Part shown: piece after piece, positions 27,055 through 40,043 of the stretch
How the letters are laid out: each line of letters starts with the position of its first letter
Numbering within the stretch: position 1 is the stretch's first letter
Assembly (NCBI GenBank): GCA_016748015.1
Contig: JAAOMT010000776.1
Span: 248,001-312,000, forward strand
DNA: 64,000 bases
Source of the DNA: Geosiphon pyriformis uo1
Taxonomy: Eukaryota; Fungi; Glomeromycota
Direction: 5' to 3'
The notes under the pieces: generated by a model
Told to the model about the DNA's origin: nothing
The model's database searches: none
The model's input: only the letters and a program-made list of their open reading frames with translations
Program-made: the position numbers and the translations under genes

Positions 27055-30000
27055 GTATACTGTGTCTTTATATACTTTTTTTGGTTGTTCAATTTAACAT
27101 GTTTGGTTCAATAACTATAATTGGTTCCAGATCTCATGAAATTTTATCTGGTTGAACTAGTATTCTCTGTGCTCTTAGTTGTGGAATATTACTGGTGTTT
27201 GCTAATGCTATGTTTTAATATAGTTTTAATTGATCTCTATGTGCTGCTTTAGTTAAAATTTGTTGTTCAATCTTAATTTATAAGCTCTATTTCCTAGAAT
27301 TTTTTCTATGTAAAATGGTCCATCTTATTTGAGATCAAATTTTTTATTCTATTGTTTTTCTACTTTGGTATGATGTAAGAGTACTTTGTTTCCAATTCTA
27401 AATTCAACTGGTTTATCTGGTAGTTGGTTATCATGTCTTTTTTTTTGTTTTTCTTGTGACTTTTGAATATTATCAGCTGCTCTTCACCATTTGTTTTCTA
27501 ATGTCTCCATTAAGTCATATGTTCTTCTTAACAATGTTCTTTGAAAATTCTCTTCTGTTATTAGTTCTGTTGGATATGTTTTAACTTCTATCTCAACTGG
27601 TAATGTTGTTGTTTTAGTGTATACTAATTTAAATAGTGTTGCTTGTGTAGTGTCTTGCTTTATTGTTCAATAAGCAAATAATACTGATGGTATAAACAAA
27701 TTCCATTTATCCTGGTTTTCTTGGCTGATTTTGGCAATTGCTTTACACAATATTCTGTTAAACTTTTTGACTAACCCATTTGTTTGTGGATAGTATGGTG
27801 ATGATAATAATCTTTTTATCCCAAATCTTTGACTTAATTCTGTCAATGTTCTATTCACAAAGTAAGTTTCTTGATTTGATAATAGTTTTTTTGGACATTC
27901 ATATTGACAGATCAAATTTTGATGGACAAATTCAGCAATAGATTCTGCATTTGCTCTTTGAATAGCTTTTGCTTCTGGCTATTTAGTGAGATAATCTATG
28001 GTTACTGTAATATATCTGTTGCCTTTGTTGGTAATTGTTAATGGTCTGACTAAGTCAATTCCGATGTGATTAAATGATTGTTTCACTTTGATTGGTCTTA
28101 GTGGTTCACTGGGTTTTGTTCCTTCTCTTTTTTAACAAGCATCACAATTTTGAACATATTGAATGATATCTGGATACATTGATAGCCAATAGTATCTTTT
28201 TCTGATTTTTTCTATGGTTGCTTCTTTGTAAAAATGTTCTGTTGTTGGATCTGAGTGTATGTTAAATAATATTGTCTCTTTCTCTGGTTCTGTAATTACT
28301 CTGGTTGGTTGATCTGGATTTCTTTTGTTCTTCTAATAAAGTATATTTTGATGATTAATAAAATATTTTGATTGTTGTTTTATGTTGTTTTGTTCTTTTT
28401 GAGATAATTTCTCCTTGAACAATTGAGTATTTATATAATGTTAGAGTTGTTGGTATTTTTGTATATTCATCTTTTGTTTTATTTTTGGATTAAAATGTTT
28501 TTAGATTTGTCTCATTTATGACAAGCCATCAGCATTTCTGTTTTCTTTTCTTTTTTTATAATGTACTGTATAATTAAATAATAAAAGTTCTATTTTTTAT
28601 CTGACATGACAATTGTCTCCAAATTTTTGCTTCTAAATTGAAGTTAATTCTTTATAATTAGTGTACACATCAAACTTTTGACTTAAGTATTCTTTCCATT
28701 TGATGACAGCCCAATAGATAGCTAAGTGTTCTAGTGCTGGAGTTCTATAATTTTTTTTAGCTGGACTTAAGCTTCTGCTGATATAAGCTACTGGATGTTC
28801 TCACCCATCCGGTCTTTTCTGAAATAGTACCACTCCTAATGCTTGACCTGATGCATCTGTTGTGATTATAAATGGCTTGCTATGATCTGAATAGATCAGT
28901 ACTGGAGCTTGAATAAGCTTTCTTCTTAATGTATCAAAAGCTTCTTGTTGAGTTTCTGTTTATTCATATTTGGTGTTCTTTGTTTAGAGCTAGTGTAATG
29001 GCTGAGTCAGTTTGGAAAAGTCTTTGATAAAATGGCAGTAGTAATCCACAAATCTTAAGAATGTTCATAGTTCTGTCAAGTTAGTAAGTACTGGAAAGTT
29101 CTTAACTATCTCAATTTTGTCTGGATCTGTTTTGATTCCATTTTTATTCACAAAATATTCCAAGAATTTTAGCTCTGTTTTTCTATAGAAGCATTTGGTG
29201 GCATTTAGCTTCAATCCAGCTTTTTTTAGTCTTTCAAATACTTGTTAGAGATGGTGTAAATAATTATCAAATGTTTTTGAGAACACATTAGTATTATCCA
29301 AATATACGACTACTGATTTTCATAGCAGTCCTGTATAGACAATTTCTATAAGTCATTAAAATGTGACTAGAGCATTCATCAAGCCAAATAACATTACTTC
29401 AAATTCGAAATTTCTTTTTAAAGTTGTAAAAATCATTTTTTCTTTGTCTTTTGGTTTCATGGCCACTTGCCAGTAATTACTGTTTAAGTCTAAAGTTAAA
29501 AACCATTTCTTTCTTCTAAAAGTGTTGAACAGCTCTTGGATCTTTGATGTTGGATAACTATCTTTTTTGGTTACTCTATTTAGTTTCTGGTAATCCACAC
29601 AAAAGCAGATTTTTCCATTTTTCTTATGGGCTAGTACTACTGGTAATGATCATAAACTTATTGATAGCTAAATTAGCCTGTTGTTAAGCATCCAATTGAT
29701 TTCTTGATGAATGATCTCATGGCTGGCTGGTGGTACTCTGTATGTTTTTTGCTTAATTGGTATTGTATTTTTAGTTTTTATCTGATGTTGAATGATGTCA
29801 GTTCTGCCAAATTCATTTTTACTGGCAAAGATGTTATTGAAGTTGTTGAGTAACATCTTAAGCTGCATACATTGTAGTGGGTCTAGATTTCTCAAGTTTA
29901 TCTGTTCTAATTGTTCTGGTTGAAGCAGATAACATTTTTCTTGTCCATATATTGTTTGTGATATAATATCTACATATTCACACAGTTGTAAAAAGTCTGG

Positions 30001-30186
30001 AATGCAGTTTGGTAATTGTTCTTCAACTTCAGTACTTAAATATTCAATGGTGGTTCCTTTTGATATCTCAATGTTGTTGTAAATGGGAATTTTGATGTGA
30101 CTGTGGTTCTTGGCTGATATGTGTAGATTGACTAATCCAATTTCTCCTGATTTATAAAGTGTTGCTTCTGCCTTAAAAATCTAAAC

Positions 30187-30714
30187 CTAATCCTTTACTT
30201 TTCTCTCTATGATTACCATGTATCTATCATATGATGGAATGAAAATTAATTGATGGGTGGAGATAATTTCTTCCTTGTTAACAACTTCTTCCTCTGTCAT
30301 ATTGACTGATACATCTATTCTATCTGTGGATCTGAATCTTTGTATCTCTCTAGCTGTAATCCCTAATTTTTCTCTGTTTCCTACTGATACTAATTGAGTT
30401 ATTTTAACCAAAAACAGAAATATTGCCTGTGCTATTTTTTTGTTTGGCTTTATGATATAGGCTTTTTCTGAGTTATTTTGTAGCATTGTAATGATATTTT
30501 CTACATATCTTGCATCAATTATTTTTCCTCTGATGTTAATTTTCTTTTTTGCTAAACTACTCTTGGATGTTAATTGAATCATTGTTGTTGCTGGAATTTC
30601 CAGTGCTATTTTCAGATCGATGTAAGTGTGCAAATGTGGTTCCAATTTGATGGCATCCTTCCCTGGATATCTTAAATCAAACCTGGCATCTGTATTATGC
30701 ATGTATTCTGGCAT
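30187..30714 (-). pseudogene. Retrotransposon dUTPase domain (copy E)
   Basis: DARFDLRY, SKSS, KIIDARYVEN, KIAQ, REIQRFRST: the five dUTPase motifs with G>A damage. Confidence 0.85.
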
Positions 30715-33700
30715 AATACTTTTATTGTTGTTACTGAACCATCTGAATTTCTGCTCTTTTGAGAGATCAAGAAGTGCAATATATGTTTTGGGGTTTGAAT
30801 TGGAGTCTGAATTGTTGTTATTTCCATTGCCATATTAAGCAGAGCTAAAACCATTGTTTTCATTGTCATCATTGTTAGAGTTTGAATTGGAATTGAAAGT
30901 TGATTCCAATTCTGATGTGCAGCTGTTGATTGGTTCTTTTTTCTCTGGAATTATGTAAATTATACATGATGATGGATTGTAAATGAGATCACACTTATTA
31001 CAATATTGAAAGTTACATGAGATTAAACAGTGGTCACATAGTCAGATGTTTATTTCTTCCAAGCATTGTTTCTGCTCTTTTCTGGTAAGTGCCAATCATT
31101 AGTAGTGCTCATAGAATTCTTCAGGATTATTCTCAATGTTGCCAAAAATGTCAAACATTTAGACATATTCAGATTCAGAAAGTGATAAGGAGTTGTTTTT
31201 AATTTCCAATAGTTTACTGGTTATCACACTTTTTGTTTTTGCAGTCATCATTCTCCAGATCTCATGTTTGTTGTGAAAATATCTTTTTAGTTGTTGCAGT
31301 GCTCTTTTTTATGTATTATCAATTGAAGTTTTTTTGCACACCCAATTGTTTATTAAGATAGTATATTGGCATGTTTTATCATATGTTTTTCTATGTTTAG
31401 GAATGTTATTCCACATTTCTTTGTTGGGCAAGATTGTTCTACAGGCTAGGCAAAGTTTGTTGTCACATTTTTTTTGTCTTTTTGGTCTTCTGAACCATTC
31501 CAGGATGCATAGACAGCAGTAGAACTTGGTTGTGATAGGATATTCTTTATCATCACCACAGCATGTGCCCATTAATGACATTTTCTTACCACAATCAATG
31601 CATATTAGTTTTGGTCAATGATAGTTAGACTGGTATAGTAAAAAGTAAGTATATAGTGTATAAGTGGAGGTAATAGCTGGTGTTAATTCTTCTTCTTTCT
31701 CTTTTTCCTTTCTCTTTTTCTTCCCAAGTCCACACCAGTGACTGTTTGCTTTGGTTATTATTATTTCAATAACTTTGGTTGGTTTTCTAAGTAGGTTTTT
31801 CTTCTCTTTTTTCCTTTTCTTTGTTATTCCATGATGGTATTGGTGGTAATTTGTTGTGGTCAGTATCAGCCCAAGAAACTTAATATGGCAGAGGAAAAAA
31901 TTGTTAACAAGATAGAAATTATTTCCACCCATCAATCAATTTCCATTCTATCATATAACTAGTACATATTAGCCATAGAGAAAAAAGTAAAAGATCAGAT
32001 TCAGATTTTTAAAGCAGAAGCAATACTTTGTGAATCAAGAAAAATTGGATTAGTCAATCTACACATACCAGCCAAGAACCATAGTTACATTAAAATTTCC
32101 ATCTACAACAACATAGAAGATATTATTAAAATACCAAAAAATACCACCATTAGATATTTAACTACTGAAATTGAAAACCAACCACCAAACTCTATTTTAA
32201 ATTTTCCACAACTGTGTAGATACATTAACATAACATCACAAACCATTTATGGACAAAACAAATGTTATTTGCTCCAACCAGAACAATTAGAACAAATGAA
32301 CATGGGAAATTTAGACTCACTTCAATGTATGCAACTCAAAATGTTATTCAACAATTTCACTAACATTTTTGCAAGTGAAAATGAGTTTGGCAGAACTAAC
32401 ATAATTCAGCACCAGATTAAGACTAAAGATATGATGCCAATCAAACAAAGAGCATATTGAGTACCATTAGCCAGCCATGAGATCATTCATCAAGAAATCA
32501 ATTAGATGCTTGACAACAGACTAATTCAGCCATTAATGAGCTCATGATTGTTATCAATGGTACTAATCTGAAAAAAAATGGAAAAATCCACTTTTGTGTA
32601 GATTACAGAAAACTCAATAGTGTAACTTGTGAAGACAGTTATCTAACTCCATGGATTCAAGTATTATTCGACACTTTTAGAGGAAAAAAATAATTCTTGA
32701 CATTAGATCTAGATAGTAGTTACTAACAAGTAGTCATGAATTTAGAAGATAAAAAAAAGACAGCATTCACTACAAAAGAACAGAATTTCGAATTTAAAGT
32801 GATATTATTTGGCTTAGCTAACACACTGATTACATTCTAATGGCTAATAAAAATTGTCTATATTAGACTACTATAGAAATCAGTAGTTATATATCTAGAT
32901 GACACTAATGTGTTTTCAAAAACATTTGATAATTACTTCTATCATCTTCAGCAAGTGTTTGAAAGACTAAAAAGAGCAAGATTGAAACTAAATGCAACTA
33001 AGTGTTTCTTCAGCAAAACAAAACTCAAGTTTTTGGAACATGTTGTAAGCAAAGAGAGCATTAAAACAGATTCAGATAAAATCAAAGTAGTAAAGTTCTT
33101 TTCAGTACCCACCAACCTAACCAAACTACAAGCATTCTTGGAATTTACAGAGTATTATTATCACTTTATTAAGAACTTTTCCAAATTGGCTCAATTACTG
33201 CATTATCTACAAACCAAGAATGTTAAATATAAATGGACTAAAACACAACAAAAAGCTTTCAACACACTAAAAAGAAAGCTCATTCAAGCTTTAGTACTGA
33301 TCTATCCAGATCATAGTAAACCATTCATTATTACTACTAATGCATCAAGTCAAGTATTGAGAGCAGTACTATCACAAAAAAAACCAGATAGAAGAGAACA
33401 TCCAGTAGTATATGCCAGCCAAGGCATAATGCCAGTTGAAAAGAACTATAGAATACTAGCACTAGAACACTTAACAATTTATTGAGCTGTTATAAAATAG
33501 AAGGAATAATTAAGCCAGAAATTTAAGGTGCATATTAATTATAAAGAATCAACTTCAATCCAAAAGCAAAAATTTGGAGATGATTAACATGTGAGATGAA
33601 AAATAGCACTTTCACCATATATTTTTACAGTACATTATAAAAAAGGAAAAGAAAATAGAAATGCTGATGGTTTGTTATAAATAAAACAAATCTGAACATT

Positions 33701-33757
33701 TCAATCCAAAAATATAACAAAATCTAAACAGTTGAAAACAAAAATATATAACAAAAG

Positions 33758-35140
33758 ATAAACACACAAAAATATTAACAACTCTAGCATTATATAAATA
33801 CTCAACAGTTTAAGGAGAAATTATCTCAAAAGAAACAAAACAACATAAAACAACAATCAAAATATTTTATTAATCATCAAAATATACTTTACCAAAAGAA
33901 CAAAAGAAATCCAGATCAACCAACCAGAATAATTACAGAACCAGAAAAAGAAACAATACTGTTTAACATGCACTCAGATCTAATAGCAGGATATTTTCAT
34001 AAAGAAGCAACCATAGAAAGAACCAGAAAAAAATATTATTGGCCATTAATGTATCCAGACATCATCCAATATGTTCAAAATTGTGATACTTGTCAGAAAA
34101 GAAGAAGAACAAAACCCAGTAAACCATTGAGATCAATTAAAGTGGGACAAGTATTTGATCATATTGGAATTGACTTAGTCAGACCATTAAACATAACTAG
34201 CAGAGGAAACAGATATATTACAGTAACCATGGATTATTTTACTAAATGGCCAGAAGCAAAAGCTATTTAAAAAGCAGATGCAGAATTCATTGCCAAATTT
34301 ATTCATTAAGATTTGATTTATCAACACAAATGTTCAAAAAAACTACTATCAGATCAAAGAACTTACTTTGTAAACAGAACACTAGCAAAATTAAGTCAAA
34401 AATTTGAAATTAAAAGACCATTATCATTACTATACCATCTACAAACAAATGGGTTAGTTGAAAGATTTAACAGAACATTATGTAAAGCAATTGCCAAAAT
34501 CAGCCAAAAAAACCAAAACAAATGAGATTTGTTTATACCATCAGTATTATTTGCTTATTGAACAATAAAGCAAAACACCACACAGGCAACATCATTTAAA
34601 TTAGTATACAATAGAATAGCAACATTACCAGTTAAGATAGAAGTTAATATATATTTAACAGAACTAATAACTAAAGACAATTTTCAGGAAATATTGCTAA
34701 GAAGAACATATAACTTGATGAAAACTCTAAAAAACAAATGACAAAAAGCAGCTGATAATATTCAAAAGTCATAAGAAAAACAAAAAGAAAGACATAATAA
34801 CCAACTACCAAATAAACCAGTTAAATTCAAGATTGGAGACAAATTACTTTTATATCATACCAAAATGGAAAAACAATGAAGTGAAAAATTTGACTCCAAA
34901 TGAGATGGACCATTTCATATAAAAAAAAGTCTAGGAAATAGAGCTTATAAATTAAAGTTGAACAACAAAATCTTAACCAAAGCAGCACATAGAGATCAAC
35001 TGAAACCATATTACAATATAGTATCATTATCTACCAGTAATATTCCACAATTAGGAGTACAAAAAATGCTAGTCTGACCAGATGAGATTCTATGAAATTT
35101 AGAACCAATCATCATTATCGACACAAACACATTAAATTGA
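33758..35140 (+). pseudogene. Integrase ORF of copy D
   Basis: HSDLIAGY...CDTC; IGIDLV; LLSDQ; QTNGLVERFNRTL; DGPFHI; LEPIIII. Confidence 0.9.
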
Positions 35141-35159
35141 TCAAAAAAATATTTAAAAC

Positions 35160-35819
35160 ATGGTAGACACAATAGAAGATATCAAAAAAATAGAAATTAC
35201 TGATGAGATTCACTTGCTAGCACAATAATTATTTCAATTAATTTAACAATAAAATATGGAAATCACTATCAACCAACAAACCATTTAATACAGAGATACC
35301 AGGAAAATATCCCAATACAAAGTACAGAGGAAACCAGAAAACACTGTTAACAAAATAATTCTAAAAGTAAAATTGGCAATAGAAGAGCCAACAAAAATCA
35401 CCTCATATTAAGAATTAACCAAAAAAACTTGGAAGTGGTGGACACAAAAATTTCCAAAGAACTTTTGTTATTTTTACTTAAGACAACACTTAAATATTTA
35501 GAACTTATATATAGATAAGACAAAGCAATTATTTGACTCAGAAATATTACAACAACTTAAACAATTTATGGGAAAGAACAATCTAACCACACAAGCACAA
35601 ATTATTTATCAATTACAAGTTGGATTTCAAGACTGACCAGAAATCTTACTCAATTTATCAATGGACACCATTATTATTAACCAAATAAGAAAAATAACCA
35701 ATGCCCAATTTGAAAAATTACAGAACAAGATAACACAAATAATTCTCGAAAAAAAAATTCAAGAAATATTTAAAGATAGAGAGTTAGAATTAAGAGATCT
35801 TGATAGAGCTCAATATTAA
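35160..35819 (+). pseudogene. ORF3 of copy D, 219 codons, unknown function
   Basis: ATG 35160 and TAA 35817 are in the same frame; internal stops are mostly explicable as C>T changes; homologs in copies A, E and G. Confidence 0.75.
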
Positions 35820-35832
35820 AAAGAGAAAATAA

Positions 35833-36688
35833 TGTTACTTATAGAATATAGGAAGTATATTAGTAAATAAATTAGCCAATCAAAGATAGATATAGTAAAT
35901 GTGGAATTCCAGAATTCCTCTTAGAGGAATTGCAGAATCCCAGAATTTTCAGAATTTTCATACAAGGAATTGCAAGATTTCAGAATTCCAGAATTTCTTT
36001 CAAAGGAATTGCAGAATTCCAGAAATTCCAGAATTTTTGGTGTAAAGAATTAAAGAATTAAGAAATTTTAATTATGTATATATAATAGTAGCATTAAAAA
36101 TAAAAAAGACAGACCTCTCAGTTTAGATTTAATCTAAGCAATTTTCCATATTATAAATATTAATAAATAATTATTTATTATCTCAAATCTACTCTTCACT
36201 ATTAACTCTTTATGTTGATAGTAACTGATATTTAACCACACTGGAACAATAGTTCTTGATTATGGCTATTAACAAAATACTAACATTTATTGCCTTGGCT
36301 TATTTCTTTCTTTTCTTTTATTTTATTTTTTGTGTTATTTTGTTATTTTTTGTTGTTAATTAATTGATTAAAAAGTAAAATGCTAAGTTATTAATATCAA
36401 GAATAGCCTGGTAAAAGACCCCAAAGGAAGGGTATAAAGTTTGATAATTTAAGAATAGCTTACCAGAAGAGCATCTCTGCCAGATTACTGGTCACTACAC
36501 TAAGAAAAAAATTTGATAGAATTGCAATTTTGGAAGGCTACTGAAACACTATTGAATCTCTGTCTATTATACAAAAAACTCCAACCCAAACCTTTAGATC
36601 ACAAAAACCTTCAGAAACCAACACATCAATTAAGCACCAAGTTACAGGTTTATTATTGCTTTAAGACCCCAAATAATTATCTGTAATA
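35833..36688 (+). repeat. 3' LTR of copy D, preceded by PPT (AAAAAGAGAAAAT)
   Basis: TGTTACTTATAG...CTGTAATA. Confidence 0.92.
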
Positions 36689-38690
36689 TCATAACTTAAT
36701 GCTTAATAACTTAATAATGTTGGTAATATTTGAAAATTTTTGTGATCTGAAAATTTTGGTTGAGTCTTTTGTATAATGAACAGAGATTTAATTGCTGTTT
36801 TAATACTTTCCTGAAAGCTTATTCTGTAAATTTTTTTTTCAGCTTGATGGCCAGTTTTTTTTGATAAGCTATCTTCAATTTCCGAGTTTTTACTCTTGTT
36901 TTCTGAATTTTTTGTTAGTTTTTCTTAATGTTAATAACTCTATGTATTAATTTTTTAATCAATTAGTAAACAACAAACAAAATAAAATAAATAAATAAAA
37001 AATTAGTATTCCATTAATAGTTATAATTAAAAGCTATTGGTTCAATATAGTTAAATGTTAGATTCTATCAACATGGGATATTAATAGAATGGAAGTGATT
37101 AATATTTTTTAATTAAATAACAATAATATAGATTTAAGTAATAATTAATATTTTATTAATATGTAATTTGATTCCATTTTAAGTTGTAAAAAACTATCTT
37201 TTGAAGGGAGAAATATTAGATAATTAATTGATTGTTGATATTAATTTTAAAATAAATTTTGTTTTTTCTGTTTTAACACTCTTACTATATATATATAATT
37301 AATATTATATGAAATTTTTTTAGTCAGAAATTCTGGAAATTCTGGATTTTTGTAATTTCTTAAGAGAAATCCTGAAATTTCTTTTTTATTATGTTTATTT
37401 TTAATTGGCTACTTTATTCTTATTAAAAATTCCTAAATTTTTATAAGTAACAGTGCTAAATTTTATGTCAAAGTTTCTGCTTCTTTAAATTCTTCTGAAT
37501 TTTTATTTTTAATGACTTTTGTCTCTTTTTTTGTAGTTGTTGGTAATTTTTTAATGTTTTTTTGGTTAATTTTTTTGGAATTTGATTTGGCCAAACTTTT
37601 TGTATTGATTAAGTCAATTTTTAAGTTTATTGGTTCTCTAGTTGCTATATTTGAACAATTTATTAAGAATAATTTGGTTTTAAGCACTGTTCTTAGTCTT
37701 AAAATCAATAAACTTATAATTTATCTAAACTCTTTTAACAGAGTTGTTGATAAATTGGAGAAAAAAATAGTTTCACTTAAAAAAAAATATTGCATAGATA
37801 ATATTAATATGTCTGATAATTCAGATCTTTTAGTTGATATTAATAATAATACATTTTTTAACTTAATGTTTCTTTGGATGTATGAGCTTAATAGTATTAA
37901 AACTGATCTTTTGAAAACAGCTAAATAACTAGTTAAATTAATCTCTTGTAATATTAAATTGTTTGATATAGTTTAAAAAATGTTGGCTTTAGATAAGTTT
38001 TTTTTGTTGTATTAACATAATATAGCTTAAATTGGCTTGAATATCTGGTTACATATAGAAAATACATAAATTATATTTAGTTTTAAAGTTCTTAATTTGT
38101 TCCTAATTTTTAAATAGTAATTTAAATTGTGTTTGTTAAATTTTAATAAATAAATAAATAAATTATACTACACTAAAAGCTTTAACAAATTTGCAAAAAC
38201 AATTAAAAATTAATTACAAATTAATAATAAAACCAAAATTAACAAGTCAATTTTAAGTAAAATTCATATTATAAACAAAATTTTATAAGCCAAATATTAT
38301 TAAATTATATATATTAACCAAAATAAAATTATTATTAACAATTAAATTTTTTTTTATTTAATTCTTGGCTAAAATTTGACAACAAAATATTTATTTTATA
38401 GTATATAATTAAATTTTAAACAAAATTTACAATATTTAAGTTAGTTTTGGTTATATCTTTAAATATTAAAAACAATTCAAAAATTTAATTTTTAAAAAAC
38501 AAAGTTTTTAATAATAAAAAAACAAATATATATTATATTATTATAAAAAAAAATTAAAATTAAAATCTTATGTTTTATATAATTTTAAATTTTTATTAAT
38601 TAATTAGAATATAAAAATATTAAAATCTTATAATTTTAAATAATACATAATTTATTAGCCAATTAAAATATAGAAATACAGTCTAATTTA

Positions 38691-40043
38691 CAGGGAGGTA
38701 TAAAAAGTATTGGATACTTAATATAATATACAAAAAAGACTATATATTGTAACACTATTACCAATTTAAGCCATAATTTTTTTTATAATTACTTATAGTT
38801 ATAATCTACAAATCAACATAAATCACATTCTTGTAAAACACAACAGTAGATTATATGTATATATATAAAATATCAAATATTCTTGTTGTGAAAAAATTTA
38901 CCACATCAAATGTGTCTTGGAAAAAAACTTTCTGAATACCAAAAAGGAGAGATTATTTTAGCAAAAAAGTTAGAACATACAAACAGTAAGATTTCCACGA
39001 CTATTGAATGTTCACGTTCTTCTGTAATACATGTATGAAGTCATATGAGCTAAAAAAACTTCCTAAAAAACAAACAGACTGACCACAAATTCTTAAGAAA
39101 TGTACATGTGAACAACTCAAATATTCAATAATGGAGAATAAAAAAACCCACCGCCAAATTCTTTCTCAAATACAATTGAATTTTATTAAAGATACCAACA
39201 AATCTATTTCTATACAAACTATTTGAAATAGATTAGCTTAAAAAGGACTTCACTTATGCATTTCTTGTCTCAAGCCATTAATTTCCAAATCAAATAAAAA
39301 AAAACATTTACAATGGGCTTGTACTTATAAAAATTGGACAGTAGAAGATTTTAAATGAGTTGTTTGGTCAGATGAATCTACATATACACAATTTAGAACT
39401 ACAGGATTTGAACGTGTATGGCGTAAACCTTTCAAAGAGTTTCATAAGGATTGTATTGCAGCCACAGTTAGAAAAAGCTTTGGTTGCATGTTTTAGGGAT
39501 GTTTTTTATAGGTTGGTTTGGGTCTTTTAGTTCCTTTGGTTGGTCATATTACTGGAGTTATACACCACAAAACCTTGGCTAATTATGCAATTCCTACAGT
39601 AAAACTTTATGCAAAAAAAACTAAAAAAAAGTTTTTTTTTCAGGAAGACAATGCACTAATCCACACATCAAAAGTTGCATGTTTTTTTCTTACTTTTTCA
39701 AATTTTGAATTACTTCCTTGGCCAGCACAAAGTCCTGATATTACTCCAATAGAAAATTTTTGGTCATATATTGAAGTTAAAATTCATCAACATAATTCAC
39801 AACTCTCAAATATTGTGAAATTAGAACAGTGGATTAAGGAAGAATGAGATGCGATACCTGCAAATTACTATCATAATTTGATCAAGTCTATGCCACATCA
39901 AGTTCAAGCTATTCTTGAAGCAAATAGAGATCAAACAAAATACTAATATGTATTTTAATATAATAATAAAAAATAAATAATTCATAAGTTAGTTCTTTTA
40001 TATAACATATTATAAAAGTGTCCATATTTTTTATATTCTTCTG
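38691..40043 (+). mobile_element. Tc1/mariner DNA transposon (DD34E), TA TSD, imperfect TIRs of about 30 bp
   Basis: TA|CAGGGAGGTATAAAAAGTATTGGATACTT ... AAGTGTCCATATTTTTTATATTCTTCTG|TA. Confidence 0.92.
38910..39946 (+). pseudogene. Tc1-like transposase with stops and frameshift
   Basis: VVWSDES; FFQEDNA..H; WPAQSPDITPIENFW; 34 residues between D and E. Confidence 0.9.

Larger units (their letters stand above)
25618..31885 (-). mobile_element. Ty3/Gypsy copy E, 5'-truncated (Cys-rich, dUTPase, RT, RH, integrase, ORF3, PPT, 3' LTR 25618-26379), nested in the dUTPase of copy D
   Basis: dUTPase ORF 30187-30714; RT 29356-29598; integrase 27667-27915; LTR matches 54033-54815. Confidence 0.9.
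20626..36688 (+). mobile_element. Ty3/Gypsy copy D, full length with both LTRs, degenerate, interrupted by copy E; decayed TSD TTGT/TCAT
   Basis: LTR pair; PBS 21359-21375; capsid YAPIAKIKKF ~22360; Zn knuckle ~23100; protease ~23760; Cys-rich 24340-24960; dUTPase 25220-25617; RT/RH 32400-33695; integrase 33758-35140; ORF3; PPT. Confidence 0.92.
20580..37452 (-). repeat. Solo LTR (20580-20625 plus 36689-37452) split by copy D; decayed TSD ATAC/GTGC
   Basis: Joined halves match the LTR at 13648-14540 (…TACAAATAACAAAC|…AACTT..TGCTTAATA…); ends TAAGTAACA. Confidence 0.85.
19087..38163 (+). mobile_element. Decayed LINE-type ORF1 element split into 19087-20579 and 37453-~38163 by a solo LTR carrying copies D and E
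   Basis: T-rich sense strand like the LINE ORF1 at 49-50.8 kb. Remnants IKTVFSVFSKI, KFKTKLVNL and a decayed knuckle HLAVNYK. Reads through the insertion (FV-[insert]-AKFYVK). (AATA)n at 38145-38163. Confidence 0.55.

Noticed and set aside
35160-35819. ORF3 as an env gene
   Set aside because: Short and hydrophilic, with no evident signal peptide or TM anchor.
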